From: a bacterium
GTDB taxonomy: Bacteria > SZUA-182 > DTGQ01 > JAFGSM01
NCBI GenBank assembly: GCA_049472315.1
Contig: JBLIRN010000012.1
Location: forward strand, 11,656 to 75,655
Reading direction: 5' to 3'
Length of the DNA stretch: 64,000 nt
Shown here: positions 37,039-46,567 of the stretch, piece after piece
Numbering within the stretch: the first letter of the stretch is position 1
How the letters are laid out: each line of letters starts with the position of its first letter
Program-made: the position numbers and the translations under genes
The notes under the pieces: model-generated
The model's database searches: none
The model's input: only the letters and a program-made list of their open reading frames with translations
What the model was told of the DNA's origin: nothing

Positions 37039-38222
37039 GTTTGGATTGTTCTAATTGCAGTTACAGGGTAGCCTTCATAAGGGTCTTCGACCCGATAGAT
37101 CTCAACTTTTCCTTGCAATTCCAATAGGTTTGCCATGTCATAAGATGCAGAATAATCATAACCATTTGATCCGAGAACTGACTTAACGAAGTGGGATAGA
37201 CCAACAAACCCACCCTTATTATTAAAATAATATTCTTGATTATGAAGCTCGCTTAGGAAGGTATCCTCATTCACGACATCAAACATATAACCCTTTTCTA
37301 TGAAGCTATGTCGCATTGCCTCCTTCTCTTCTTGAGGTATATCAACTATCTCTATTGATTCAGATGCATCATTTATTATAGTAATTAATTCCTCCGCTAA
37401 ATCTTTACCCTTATTGAGATCATCTGATGTAAAAAGATTGTTATGAGCTACCTTGTGCCTTATTTTTTCTAAATCCTCCCATTTTGCTTGAAACCCTTTA
37501 TCTTTAAAAGATTCCTTGAAGAATTTATGGTAATTACTCTTGACTTGTGACTTGAGATCAGCAATAGCTTCACGCGTCTCTTCACATTCACTAATTTTTT
37601 TGATGATATGGTCCAGGCTTGTGAAACCTGACGATTGAGCGTAAATGATTTTCCCTAAATCACCAAAATCAATTAAGTAAGCACTATTTTCGACATGCTT
37701 AGAAAAAACGGTTTCATTATTTTTTCTCTGCTGTACCTTCATGCTCCATTCACCCGTGGCAGTCAACTCCCACCATTTAGGACCAAGACGCGTTGACATG
37801 AATTTGATTAGGTATCCTCTAAGAGCATTTTCAACTCTGTAAAGAAAAGGGTAGATTTTGCACGCAATACATTCTGAAACTTCATCTTTGAGTATATATA
37901 AAGGTTCAAAATGCTGATTTTTCATATATTCTAATAACGGTAGACGAAAAGACTCTAAACGCTCGATATGGCCTGATACGGATACATCAAAAGCATTGTC
38001 ATATGAGGGCTCATTACTTTCGCCCTTTGAAACCATTCGTACCGTTACTTTCAAATCACCATCAATGATAGAACGATTACCTTCATTAATAATAGGTTTT
38101 TTCCAAATTATGCCATTGCCCAAAAGAGAGTGCAATAAATTTTGGTCAGTCTTGATAACACATGCTCCCTTTGTATCGAGTGCAAGAATTTCAAATTTCA
38201 TTTCTTTGTTTTGTTCTTCCAT
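37002..38222 (-). CDS. HEPN-domain protein (Swt1/Apea-like), putative RNase
   Basis: VENALRGYL, IDFGDLGKII, RHKVAH (Rx4H); visibly AT-rich compared with flanks. Confidence 0.75.
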   Translation of the reverse strand: MEEQNKEMKFEILALDTKGACVIKTDQNLLHSLLGNGIIWKKPIINEGNRSIIDGDLKVTVRMVSKGESNEPSYDNAFDVSVSGHIERLESFRLPLLEYMKNQHFEPLYILKDEVSECIACKIYPFLYRVENALRGYLIKFMSTRLGPKWWELTATGEWSMKVQQRKNNETVFSKHVENSAYLIDFGDLGKIIYAQSSGFTSLDHIIKKISECEETREAIADLKSQVKSNYHKFFKESFKDKGFQAKWEDLEKIRHKVAHNNLFTSDDLNKGKDLAEELITIINDASESIEIVDIPQEEKEAMRHSFIEKGYMFDVVNEDTFLSELHNQEYYFNNKGGFVGLSHFVKSVLGSNGYDYSASYDMANLLELQGKVEIYRVEDPYEGYPVTAIRTIQTPNKTNAADAKS

Positions 38223-38296
38223 GGTACTTTCTTCATTTGTGACACTCAACAAGAAATCAGGCCGAGGAGGATCATAGGAGAAAAAACACCGGTTGA

Positions 38297-38683
38297 TCAA
38301 TGAAGGCACTGGCAAACGGTTTCCCGCATGCCGAGGGAATGCTCGACTGCCTTGACCAATTCGTCGCTTGAAAATGGTTTCATCAGGATCTTTGTGATCC
38401 CGTATTGCTTGGCGTCTTCCTGGGAGATGGGTTCCTCATAGCCGGTCACGATGATAATAGGGGTCTTCAATCCCTTATTGCGAAGCTCCTTGATGGTACC
38501 CAATCCGTCCTTTCCCGGCATCAGGAGATCCGTGATGATGACCTCCGGGTTGTCGCTACTCAGTCTCTCGAGTGCCTCGTCCCCATTCTGGGCATCGGTG
38601 ACCGCATGCCCCTTTCTTTCGAGAAAGGACCGTATCATCATTCGTATCTCAAACATATCCTCGATAATAAGAATCTTGGCCAT
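38297..38683 (-). CDS. Single-domain response regulator
   Basis: ILIIED, ITDLLMP, VTG, KPF. Confidence 0.9.
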   Translation of the reverse strand: MAKILIIEDMFEIRMMIRSFLERKGHAVTDAQNGDEALERLSSDNPEVIITDLLMPGKDGLGTIKELRNKGLKTPIIIVTGYEEPISQEDAKQYGITKILMKPFSSDELVKAVEHSLGMRETVCQCLH

Positions 38684-38858
38684 ATCTTTTCCCTTTGCAG
38701 GCAAGAGGTGATCATGGGATACCCTGTCTATTTTTCGACATTTTTCCGTATTTTATTCATGAAAACCATCCGGTCATACATATGCCTTGTGCAGACTGCG
38801 GGTGCCACCGATGGTATGGTTTGAGACACGGTGCGTTTTGTGCTATCAATAAGGCATC

Positions 38859-41054
38859 ATGGACATCCGGGAACAAACGGGCACCTCATCCGATCTCCTC
38901 TGCCTGCAGGGAGAAATGGAGAGGGTCGTCTACCAGAGCGATGAGGACAGCTTCACGGTTGCCCGGTTCAGGCCTGCAGGGCAACCGGGGGAGATCACCA
39001 TAACCGGTAATCTTGCAGGGGTTCAGCCGGGCGAAATCCTCAAACTCACGGGATGCTGGTGTAACCATAAACGATTCGGCCCGCAGTTCCGCGTCGAGCG
39101 CTTCACCTGTCTGGTACCATCCAGCGTGAAGGGGATGGAAAAATACCTTGCATCCGGCATGATCAAAGGGATCGGACCGGTCATGGCACGGAGGCTGGTC
39201 GAGATGTTCGGGGTGGATACGCTGGAGGTGATCGAATCATCCCCTGCAATGCTCTCTCAGGTTGAAGGGATCGGCCCCAAACGGGTGGCCATGATCACCA
39301 GTGCGTGGAAGGCCCAGAAGGAGATAAAACAGATCATGCTCTTCCTTCAGGGCCACGATGTCAGCGCGGCGCTTGCCGTGAAGATCTTCAAGCAGTACGG
39401 CCAGAAGTCAATCGCGGTGGTCAGGGAAAACCCCTATCGTCTCGCCGTGGACATCTTCGGCATAGGATTCAAGACCGCCGACAAGATCGCCGCAAAGATC
39501 GGCATACCCTCCGATTCACCAATGAGGGCCCAGGCGGGCATCCTGTTTATCCTGAACCAGATGGCAGACAAGGGGCACTGTTTCCTTCCCCTCGCCGTTC
39601 TGGTGGAGGAATGCACCAAGGCACTCGAGGTGGACGGCGCACTGATCAATGACGCCATCCGTGATCTGGCCGCCAAAAAATACATCGTGGTGGAGGAACC
39701 GGGTCAGGAACAAGGGGTGTACCTTGCCTCCTTCCATACGGCAGAGACGGGGATCACCCGGCTGCTCGCACGGCTCAAGAAACAACCTCGCCACATGGAC
39801 CGCATCGACTCCAAACGGGCCATTCCCTGGGCGGAACGGGAACTGGGGATCACCCTGGACCCGATCCAGCGGGAGGCGATTGCACAGGCGCTCGAGCAGA
39901 AGGTGCTGGTCATAACCGGCGGACCCGGAACAGGGAAAACCACCATTATCAAGGCGTTACTGGCCATTCTGTCCGAGATCAATACCAAGACCCTCCTCGC
40001 CGCTCCCACAGGAAGGGCGGCAAAAAGGATGCACGAGGCCACAGGCCGCGAGGCAAAGACCATCCATCGGCTTCTGGAGTTCAGCCCTCAAAGGCGCACC
40101 TTCGTCAGGGATGAACACAATCCCCTTACTGCCGACTATGTCATACTGGACGAGGTGTCCATGGTGGATACCATACTCATGTATCACCTGCTCAAGGCCA
40201 TCCCTGCCCATGCCTGCTTGATCCTCATCGGGGATTCGAATCAGCTCCCTTCGGTGGGAGCGGGAAATGTGCTCGGGGATATCTGCGCCTCAGGATATGT
40301 CCAGGTGGTGAAACTGGAAAAGATCTTCAGACAGGCACAGGAGAGTCTGATTGTATCGAATGCCCATCGGATCCTCCAGGGGGCATTTCCCGTCATACCA
40401 AAGAAGGGGGAGCATGCCGACTTTTACCTCGTTGTTGAAGAGGAACCTGAAAGGATACTCACCACCATCATTGAGCTGTATAAGGTGCATATACCAAACC
40501 GGTTCAAATTCGATCCCTACCAGGATATCCAGGTGATCACCCCCATGAACAGGGGAATCGTGGGCGCCGCCAATCTCAACACCCGGCTCCAGGAGCACCT
40601 CAACCCCAAAAGTCCCGGAATGCACAAGGGTGGGAGGATATTCAGGCTTCACGACAAGGTCATGCAGATCAAGAACAACTATGACAAGGAGGTCTTCAAC
40701 GGCGATATCGGCAGGATAATCCACCTTGACGAGGATATGCTCGAGATGGCGGTCGATTTCGACGGTCGATCGGTGATGTATGATCCCAGTGATCTCGATG
40801 AACTGATCCTGGCCTATGCCATAACCGTGCATAAGTCCCAGGGGAGTGAATATCCGGCGATCATCGTACCGGTGAGCACCCAGCACTATCCCCTGCTTCA
40901 AAGAAATCTCATCTATACCGCCATCACCAGGGCGAAAAGGCTGATGATCATGGTGGGGACCAAAAAGGCCCTCTTCATGGCGATTCGGAATATAAAGAGA
41001 GAAAAACGCTATTCCCTCTTGGAAGAACGATTGAGGAATGCAGGAGGAGAATAG
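38859..41054 (+). CDS. recD2: ATP-dependent RecD-like DNA helicase
   Basis: HhH N-terminus, GGPGTGKTT, LDEVSM, AITVHKSQGSE, YTAITRA. Confidence 0.95.
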   Translation: MDIREQTGTSSDLLCLQGEMERVVYQSDEDSFTVARFRPAGQPGEITITGNLAGVQPGEILKLTGCWCNHKRFGPQFRVERFTCLVPSSVKGMEKYLASGMIKGIGPVMARRLVEMFGVDTLEVIESSPAMLSQVEGIGPKRVAMITSAWKAQKEIKQIMLFLQGHDVSAALAVKIFKQYGQKSIAVVRENPYRLAVDIFGIGFKTADKIAAKIGIPSDSPMRAQAGILFILNQMADKGHCFLPLAVLVEECTKALEVDGALINDAIRDLAAKKYIVVEEPGQEQGVYLASFHTAETGITRLLARLKKQPRHMDRIDSKRAIPWAERELGITLDPIQREAIAQALEQKVLVITGGPGTGKTTIIKALLAILSEINTKTLLAAPTGRAAKRMHEATGREAKTIHRLLEFSPQRRTFVRDEHNPLTADYVILDEVSMVDTILMYHLLKAIPAHACLILIGDSNQLPSVGAGNVLGDICASGYVQVVKLEKIFRQAQESLIVSNAHRILQGAFPVIPKKGEHADFYLVVEEEPERILTTIIELYKVHIPNRFKFDPYQDIQVITPMNRGIVGAANLNTRLQEHLNPKSPGMHKGGRIFRLHDKVMQIKNNYDKEVFNGDIGRIIHLDEDMLEMAVDFDGRSVMYDPSDLDELILAYAITVHKSQGSEYPAIIVPVSTQHYPLLQRNLIYTAITRAKRLMIMVGTKKALFMAIRNIKREKRYSLLEERLRNAGGE

Positions 41055-41057
41055 GGA

Positions 41058-41273
41058 TCAGTTATTAAACTTGTTGCGGGAGCGGGCAGCATCCTCGGGA
41101 CTGAGATGGCAGATGGCCTGTTGGAGCCCCTTGCTGAGGTTGGTATAGAGGTTAGGGGACTCCTTTTTGAATATCTCGTCCAATTTCTTGCTGAGGCTCT
41201 CTTCGAACAGCTTCACCAGTTCCCTGTTGTCTTTCGAAATTCGTGCCGGTCGTTCGAGTGTTGCTCGCTTCAT
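41058..41273 (-). CDS. Small hypothetical protein
   Basis: 71-aa ORF with GGGGGA RBS and an upstream sigma54-type promoter. Confidence 0.55.
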   Translation of the reverse strand: MKRATLERPARISKDNRELVKLFEESLSKKLDEIFKKESPNLYTNLSKGLQQAICHLSPEDAARSRNKFNN

Positions 41274-41382
41274 GATATCCCCCCATTATGTCTGAGACGG
41301 GAAGACCGTTGTCCCCCCCATAGTCCCGACCAGTGGTTACTGAATCTGACTACCCATCCAACGGTCAACGCATACCACCTTA

Positions 41383-41398
41383 TGCAAATGGCATACCA
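41383..41398 (-). promoter_or_regulatory. Putative sigma54 promoter
   Basis: TGGTATGCCATTTGCA (GG-N10-GC). Confidence 0.55.
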
Positions 41399-41534
41399 AA
41401 AATGCCATGGCAATATCATCATTAAAATCAAATAATTAAACGCCATCAACAATTTGCTCACTGTTTGCTGATCATATACAAGGCACGATTTGATCATTTT
41501 TTGAATAACGACACACACCCAGGGGGCGCTCAAA

Positions 41535-41908
41535 CCAAACTTTGTTAGGGCGAAGCGCAGCGCAGCCCTATGCTGCCCTCCCGGTTTACCCAAAGTGCCA
41601 GCGACTAAACCAAGCAACCTTTGTCAGGCGAAGCACTATGCTGCCCTTTCGGCTTACCCACTGGGCTCCGACTAAACCAACCAACCTTTGTCAGACATAG
41701 CGCAGCGCAGCCACAAACCAAACTTTGTTAGGGCGAAGCGCAGCGCAGCCACTTTGCTGCCCTCATGGTCACCTGTAAGGCCCGATTCGGGAAGCCCGAG
41801 CACCCAAACTTTGTTGGGGCGAAGCGAAGCACTATGTTACCCTCCCAGTTACCTGTAGAGCCCGCTTCGGGAAGTGCATCACACAACCAACCTCCGTCAG
41901 GCGGAGCA
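41535..41908 (+). repeat. REP-like repeat family, cluster 4
   Basis: About six units ccaa(a/c)ctttgtYagg(g)cgaagcg..., several followed by related atgctgccctcccggttacc... linkers. Confidence 0.85.
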
Positions 41909-42102
41909 AGGTATATGATATTGAGCAATTACATTATCCAAAGGAAGCAAAATACTGAACAATTACCGAACACTTTACCGATATATAAATAGAAGCAAAA
42001 AGTGTATGACCTTACAGGATAGACTGGAAATTTTTGAACAGTTTCTGCGCAAATTCCGAAGCAAGGCATGCGTTAATGCCACTGATATGAAAAGGTTCAG
42101 GG

Positions 42103-43542
42103 ATGGCTAAAAAGCGAATCATAATCGGAAATAACACCATAGACGCACTCAGCAATCTCGCCTCCGCACTCGAGTCACAGGGGTATGAGGTCTTAACCTC
42201 AAAATCGGGCTCCGAGGTCTTTCATCTCTACACCGAGTCCTCACCTGACCTGCTCATCCTGGATACCTCGCTTCCTGAAAAAAGCGGCGTTGATATCCTC
42301 AAACTGGTAAAGGGGAAAACACCCCAGCTTCCGGTCATGATTGTTGCCGATCAGGTTTCAACCAATGCAGCGATTGAGACCATGAAACTGGGTGCCTATG
42401 ACTATATAACCCAGCCCTTCGACATTCCCAAGATACTGGATATCATCAAGACCGCCCTGACGTCACAGTCGGTAAACAAGGCCATCACCATCAATCCGGC
42501 GGTCATGTCTGACGATATCTACGACACGGATACCATCATCGGAAACAGCCGCGAGATGCTGGAGATATACAAGATGATCGGACAGGTGGCTCAAAGCGAC
42601 GCCCCGGTGCTCATCCAGGGGGAAAGCGGCACCGGCAAGGAATTGATTGCACGGGCCATCTATCATCACAGCCTTCGAAAAAGCAAACCGTTCCTGGCGG
42701 TCAATTGCGCCGCCATCCCCGAACAGCTTCTGGAGAGCGAGCTCTTCGGGCATGAAAAGGGATCATTCACCGGTGCGCTGAATAAAAAGATAGGCAAATT
42801 CGAGCAGTGTCATGGGGGGACCGTATTCTTGGACGAGATCGGAGATATGTCCCTCTCGGCACAAAGCAAGGTCCTCCGCGTGCTGCAGGACCAGGTCTTC
42901 GAACGGGTCGGCGGCCAGGAGAGCATCAAGGTGGATGTCAGGGTCATCGCGGCCACCAACAAGAGTCTCGTTCAGGCAGTCAAGGAAGGCACCTTCAGGG
43001 TGGATCTCTTCTATCGCCTCAAGGTCATATCCCTGTACCTTCCTTCCCTGCGGGAGCGGCCCGAGGACATCCCGCTCCTTGCGGACTATTTCCTGCTGAA
43101 ATACCGGCACAAATTAAAAAAGCCGGTCAACGGCATTGCACACCAGGCAATGATGATCCTAAGTCAGTATCACTGGCCCGGGAATATCCGTGAGCTTGAA
43201 AACGTGATTCAATCGGCCATTGTTCTGTGCAAGGGGGATGTCATACTTCCCGAGCACCTGCCCATCGGTGACATGGACCACTCAACGAAGCAACGGATAT
43301 CGACTGCTGGGACCGATGTGGAGGATTTCGCCACCATGTTCGAAGAGATCATTTCGCCGATCATGGACAAGATGGCAAAATCCAATGAGGAAAACTGGGC
43401 GGCACAGCTCACGGACGGCATGGAAAAGGCACTCCTGAAGTTGACCCTCCAGCGGGTCAACGGAAATCAGGTCAAGGCATCCAAGATCCTGGGAATCAGT
43501 CGCAACACCTTGAGAAGCAAGATCGAGAAGTTCGCCCTCTGA
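42103..43542 (+). CDS. Sigma54-dependent Fis-family response regulator (NtrC-like)
   Basis: Receiver; GESGTGKE, GSFTGA, FLDEIG, WPGNIREL; HTH GISRNTLRSK. Confidence 0.95.
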   Translation: MAKKRIIIGNNTIDALSNLASALESQGYEVLTSKSGSEVFHLYTESSPDLLILDTSLPEKSGVDILKLVKGKTPQLPVMIVADQVSTNAAIETMKLGAYDYITQPFDIPKILDIIKTALTSQSVNKAITINPAVMSDDIYDTDTIIGNSREMLEIYKMIGQVAQSDAPVLIQGESGTGKELIARAIYHHSLRKSKPFLAVNCAAIPEQLLESELFGHEKGSFTGALNKKIGKFEQCHGGTVFLDEIGDMSLSAQSKVLRVLQDQVFERVGGQESIKVDVRVIAATNKSLVQAVKEGTFRVDLFYRLKVISLYLPSLRERPEDIPLLADYFLLKYRHKLKKPVNGIAHQAMMILSQYHWPGNIRELENVIQSAIVLCKGDVILPEHLPIGDMDHSTKQRISTAGTDVEDFATMFEEIISPIMDKMAKSNEENWAAQLTDGMEKALLKLTLQRVNGNQVKASKILGISRNTLRSKIEKFAL

Positions 43543-43544
43543 CC

Positions 43545-44231
43545 TCAGCTCAAGGAAAACCAGTACCTGACGTCCATCGCCTCATCCTTCCTCTTCTTCA
43601 AAGGCTTCTTTTCATCCAGGATGTATTTCAACAGCCGTTTCCTTCCCATGGGCTCAATATCGGTAAAATCGACCCCCACCTGAATCCCCTCCTTCCCCTT
43701 CAGCCGCTCCAGACGAACCACCTTGCCGCTGACTGAGATGTCAAGATAGGGGAAGATCGGCACCTCAATGAGCATATCGAGCACCTGCTCCTGGGTAAGG
43801 GGATACTCGGTGAGGAAGCGCACACCACCCCCGCTCAAGTCTTTACCCTCGGCGCTTATGAAGAGTCCCCGATATTCCTTGGGTTTGAATTCGATGTGAA
43901 TGGGACGCTCCAGGCGGAAATACCGTCGTTTATTGATGGAACGGAGTTGTTTGCTCGGGCTCACCACCAGCAGGGTATCCTGCTGCTGAAGACATTTGCG
44001 TATTGTCGTGCTGAGACAGTAAAGCGAGGCCCCCTTCTCCCAGAGGATCTCCACCCTTCTTCCCTCCAGGTACTTGCTTTCGATAACCGGGATATGGATA
44101 TAGATGCCGTCGTCCTTTATCCGGGTCACATCTCCACGGGGGATCTCCATGCGACCTTTTGGATGAAGCTCTTCCAATCGCAAACATACCACGTTGCCGA
44201 TAGAGAGCGTATTGCGGGGCGCTCCGGCCAT
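43545..44231 (-). CDS. PilZ-domain (YcgR/flagellar brake-like) c-di-GMP receptor
   Basis: RRYFR (RxxxR) and DLSGGG (DxSxxG). Confidence 0.88.
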   Translation of the reverse strand: MAGAPRNTLSIGNVVCLRLEELHPKGRMEIPRGDVTRIKDDGIYIHIPVIESKYLEGRRVEILWEKGASLYCLSTTIRKCLQQQDTLLVVSPSKQLRSINKRRYFRLERPIHIEFKPKEYRGLFISAEGKDLSGGGVRFLTEYPLTQEQVLDMLIEVPIFPYLDISVSGKVVRLERLKGKEGIQVGVDFTDIEPMGRKRLLKYILDEKKPLKKRKDEAMDVRYWFSLS

Positions 44232-44376
44232 AAAGCCTCTCCCTTCGTTATGGTTGGCACTCTCCGAGATGAGGGTAAGAATCACCCTGGCCTATATAGA
44301 TCCTGCCTGCACCTATATTTCTATCGGACAATCGGGATGATTACTTGGACACACCGGCCAGGATGCGGTACGGATA

Positions 44377-45168
44377 TCAGCAAGGGTCCGCAGATGATTC
44401 CGCGGGATCGATAGGCCTCCAGGCACGTGCCGGATAGTAGACCTTGACCAGGAAGAGTCCCTGAGGGGGTGCGGTAACACCCGCCTCGGCGGGGTCCAAG
44501 GAGTCAAGCATGGATTGCACGTGATCAGGGGTGAAACGCCCCCTCCCCACCTCGATGAGGGTTCCCACCATGCGTCGGACCTGTTTGCGCAGAAAGCCGT
44601 TTCCAAGAAACTCGATCACCAGATCCCCCCCCTTATCAACCATGGCAATGTTCATGAGTCTCCTGATCCCGCTCCTGCCATCCCTTTTGGCGACGCTGAA
44701 CGCGGAAAAATCGTGCTCCCCGCGAAGGATGGGCAAACATCTCCTGATTGCCTCTATGTCCAGCGGGTGGGGGATGAACCAGGTGTACGGCCAGAGAAAG
44801 GGATCCCTGGTGGAATCCCTGAAGATGCGGTAGCGGTATCGCTTGGCAACCGCATCCCTGCGTGCATGAAATCCCGGATGAACCACCGACGCCTCCGCAA
44901 TCGCGATGTCCCTCGGCAGGATGCTGTTGAGTGCCCGCTTCAGGCTTTTCGCCGGTATGGTTGCACAGGTTGTGAAGTGGGCCACCTGACCAAGCGCATG
45001 CACCCCCGCATCCGTCCGTCCCGCCCCGGTGAGCCTGCATGGTTCATGGAGGATGGTTTCGAGCCCCTCCTCGATCACCCCTTGTATCGTTTGTCTGCCC
45101 GGTTGCACCTGCCAGCCGGCGTACCCTGTACCATCGTAACGGATGGTCAACCGGAAGGTCCGGCTCAC
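44377..45168 (-). CDS. truA: tRNA pseudouridine(38-40) synthase
   Basis: YDGTGYAGWQ, AGRTDAGVHA, GLFLVKVYY. Confidence 0.95.
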   Translation of the reverse strand: MSRTFRLTIRYDGTGYAGWQVQPGRQTIQGVIEEGLETILHEPCRLTGAGRTDAGVHALGQVAHFTTCATIPAKSLKRALNSILPRDIAIAEASVVHPGFHARRDAVAKRYRYRIFRDSTRDPFLWPYTWFIPHPLDIEAIRRCLPILRGEHDFSAFSVAKRDGRSGIRRLMNIAMVDKGGDLVIEFLGNGFLRKQVRRMVGTLIEVGRGRFTPDHVQSMLDSLDPAEAGVTAPPQGLFLVKVYYPARAWRPIDPAESSADPC

Positions 45169-46487
45169 TGCTGTTCCTTCTTCGACCTGAACACGAGGCG
45201 CAGGGGGGTATAGGGAAGCCCCAGTTCGGTGCGCAGTTGATTCTGCAGATAGCGCTGATATGAGAAGTGGATTCCCTTTGGGTCATTGACGAAAAAGACA
45301 AATGTGGGGGGTTGGATGCCTACCTGGGTCTGGAAGTAGAATCGAATCCTTCTGCCTTTGTATGCGGGTGGCGGGAACTTGGCAATCGAGGCCTCCACGA
45401 TCCGGTTGAGGATTCCCGTGGAAACCCGGGTGCTGTACTGGTCCATGACCTGTTCGACCAGGGGAAAGATCTTGTATACCCTTTGCCCGGTCAGGGCGGA
45501 GACGAAGACCATGGGGGCGTCACCAAGGTATTTCAACCGGAAGCGAAATTCCTCCTCGTTTTTTTTCATGCTCTTTTCATCCTTGGTCACCGCATCCCAT
45601 TTGTTGACCACGATCACGATGGCCTTGCCCGCATCATGGGCAAACCCGGCGATGCGCACATCCTGTTCGGTTATCCCCTGAACCGCATCGATCAGAAAGA
45701 GGGCCACATTGCAATCCTCTATATTCCGGAAGGTCTTCAGGACCGTAAGACGTTCAAGCCCCTTCTTGACCTTTTTGGGGCGGCGTATTCCCGCGGTGTC
45801 GATGATGCAATAGGAGCGGCGGTTGTAAGTGAACAGGGTATCGATGCAGTCGCGGGTGGTCCCCGGTTCCTCGCTCACCAGGGACCTCTCCGTGCGCAGG
45901 ATCTTGTTGAGAAGCGAGGATTTCCCCACGTTGGGCCGGCCGATGATGGCGAGTCGTATCCGATCCGTGTCCTCGACGGGGGCCATTCCAGGAGGTAAAA
46001 GCGCCGCCACCCGATCCATGAGGTCGTCGATCCCTATCCCGTGGGCGGCAGAGATCGGAAGGACGGTATCCACGCCAAGGCCGAAGAAATCAGGGAGCGT
46101 GGCAGCCAGCCGATCATTGTCCACCTTATTGACCACATGCACAAAGGGTTTGCCGCCCTTGGTGAGCATAAGATGGATATCCTTGTCTGAGGGGAGCAAT
46201 CCCTCCTTTGCGTCCATCATGAAAATGATGAGATCGGCCTCTTGGATGGCGGCAACGGCCTGTTCGTGGACATTCGGTCCCTTCGAGCCCTCCAGGTCCG
46301 GGTCAAGCCCACCCGTATCGACCAGTACGAACCGCCTTTCCCCCCATGCACAGGTGCCGTAGTTGCGGTCCCTGGTCACACCCGGCAGATCATCCACGAT
46401 TGCCTTCCTCTGACCGATGAGGCGGTTGAAAAGGGTGGACTTGCCCACATTGGGCCTGCCGACGATTGCGACGATTGGGCTGGACAT
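45165..46487 (-). CDS. der: Ribosome biogenesis GTPase Der
   Basis: Two GRPNVGKS GTPase domains and KH-like C-terminus. Confidence 0.96.
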   Translation of the reverse strand: MSSPIVAIVGRPNVGKSTLFNRLIGQRKAIVDDLPGVTRDRNYGTCAWGERRFVLVDTGGLDPDLEGSKGPNVHEQAVAAIQEADLIIFMMDAKEGLLPSDKDIHLMLTKGGKPFVHVVNKVDNDRLAATLPDFFGLGVDTVLPISAAHGIGIDDLMDRVAALLPPGMAPVEDTDRIRLAIIGRPNVGKSSLLNKILRTERSLVSEEPGTTRDCIDTLFTYNRRSYCIIDTAGIRRPKKVKKGLERLTVLKTFRNIEDCNVALFLIDAVQGITEQDVRIAGFAHDAGKAIVIVVNKWDAVTKDEKSMKKNEEEFRFRLKYLGDAPMVFVSALTGQRVYKIFPLVEQVMDQYSTRVSTGILNRIVEASIAKFPPPAYKGRRIRFYFQTQVGIQPPTFVFFVNDPKGIHFSYQRYLQNQLRTELGLPYTPLRLVFRSKKEQQ

Positions 46488-46567
46488 TCCGCTGCCTTAT
46501 TGTGTGTTGAACCTACGTAAACGATAGGGGTGGAACGGTCACTGGATGAGGCACATGGTCGGCATCA

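Noticed and set aside
26090..41908. 36-bp repeat clusters as CRISPR arrays
   Set aside because: Units are often directly adjacent, the linkers are homologous to each other rather than unique spacers, the repeats are highly degenerate, and no cas genes are present
26280..41992. Short ORFs translated from repeat clusters (26280, 30621, 31790, 41728, 41765)
   Set aside because: Their shared RSEA/AKRS-type peptides simply reflect the DNA repeat; frames and strands are inconsistent
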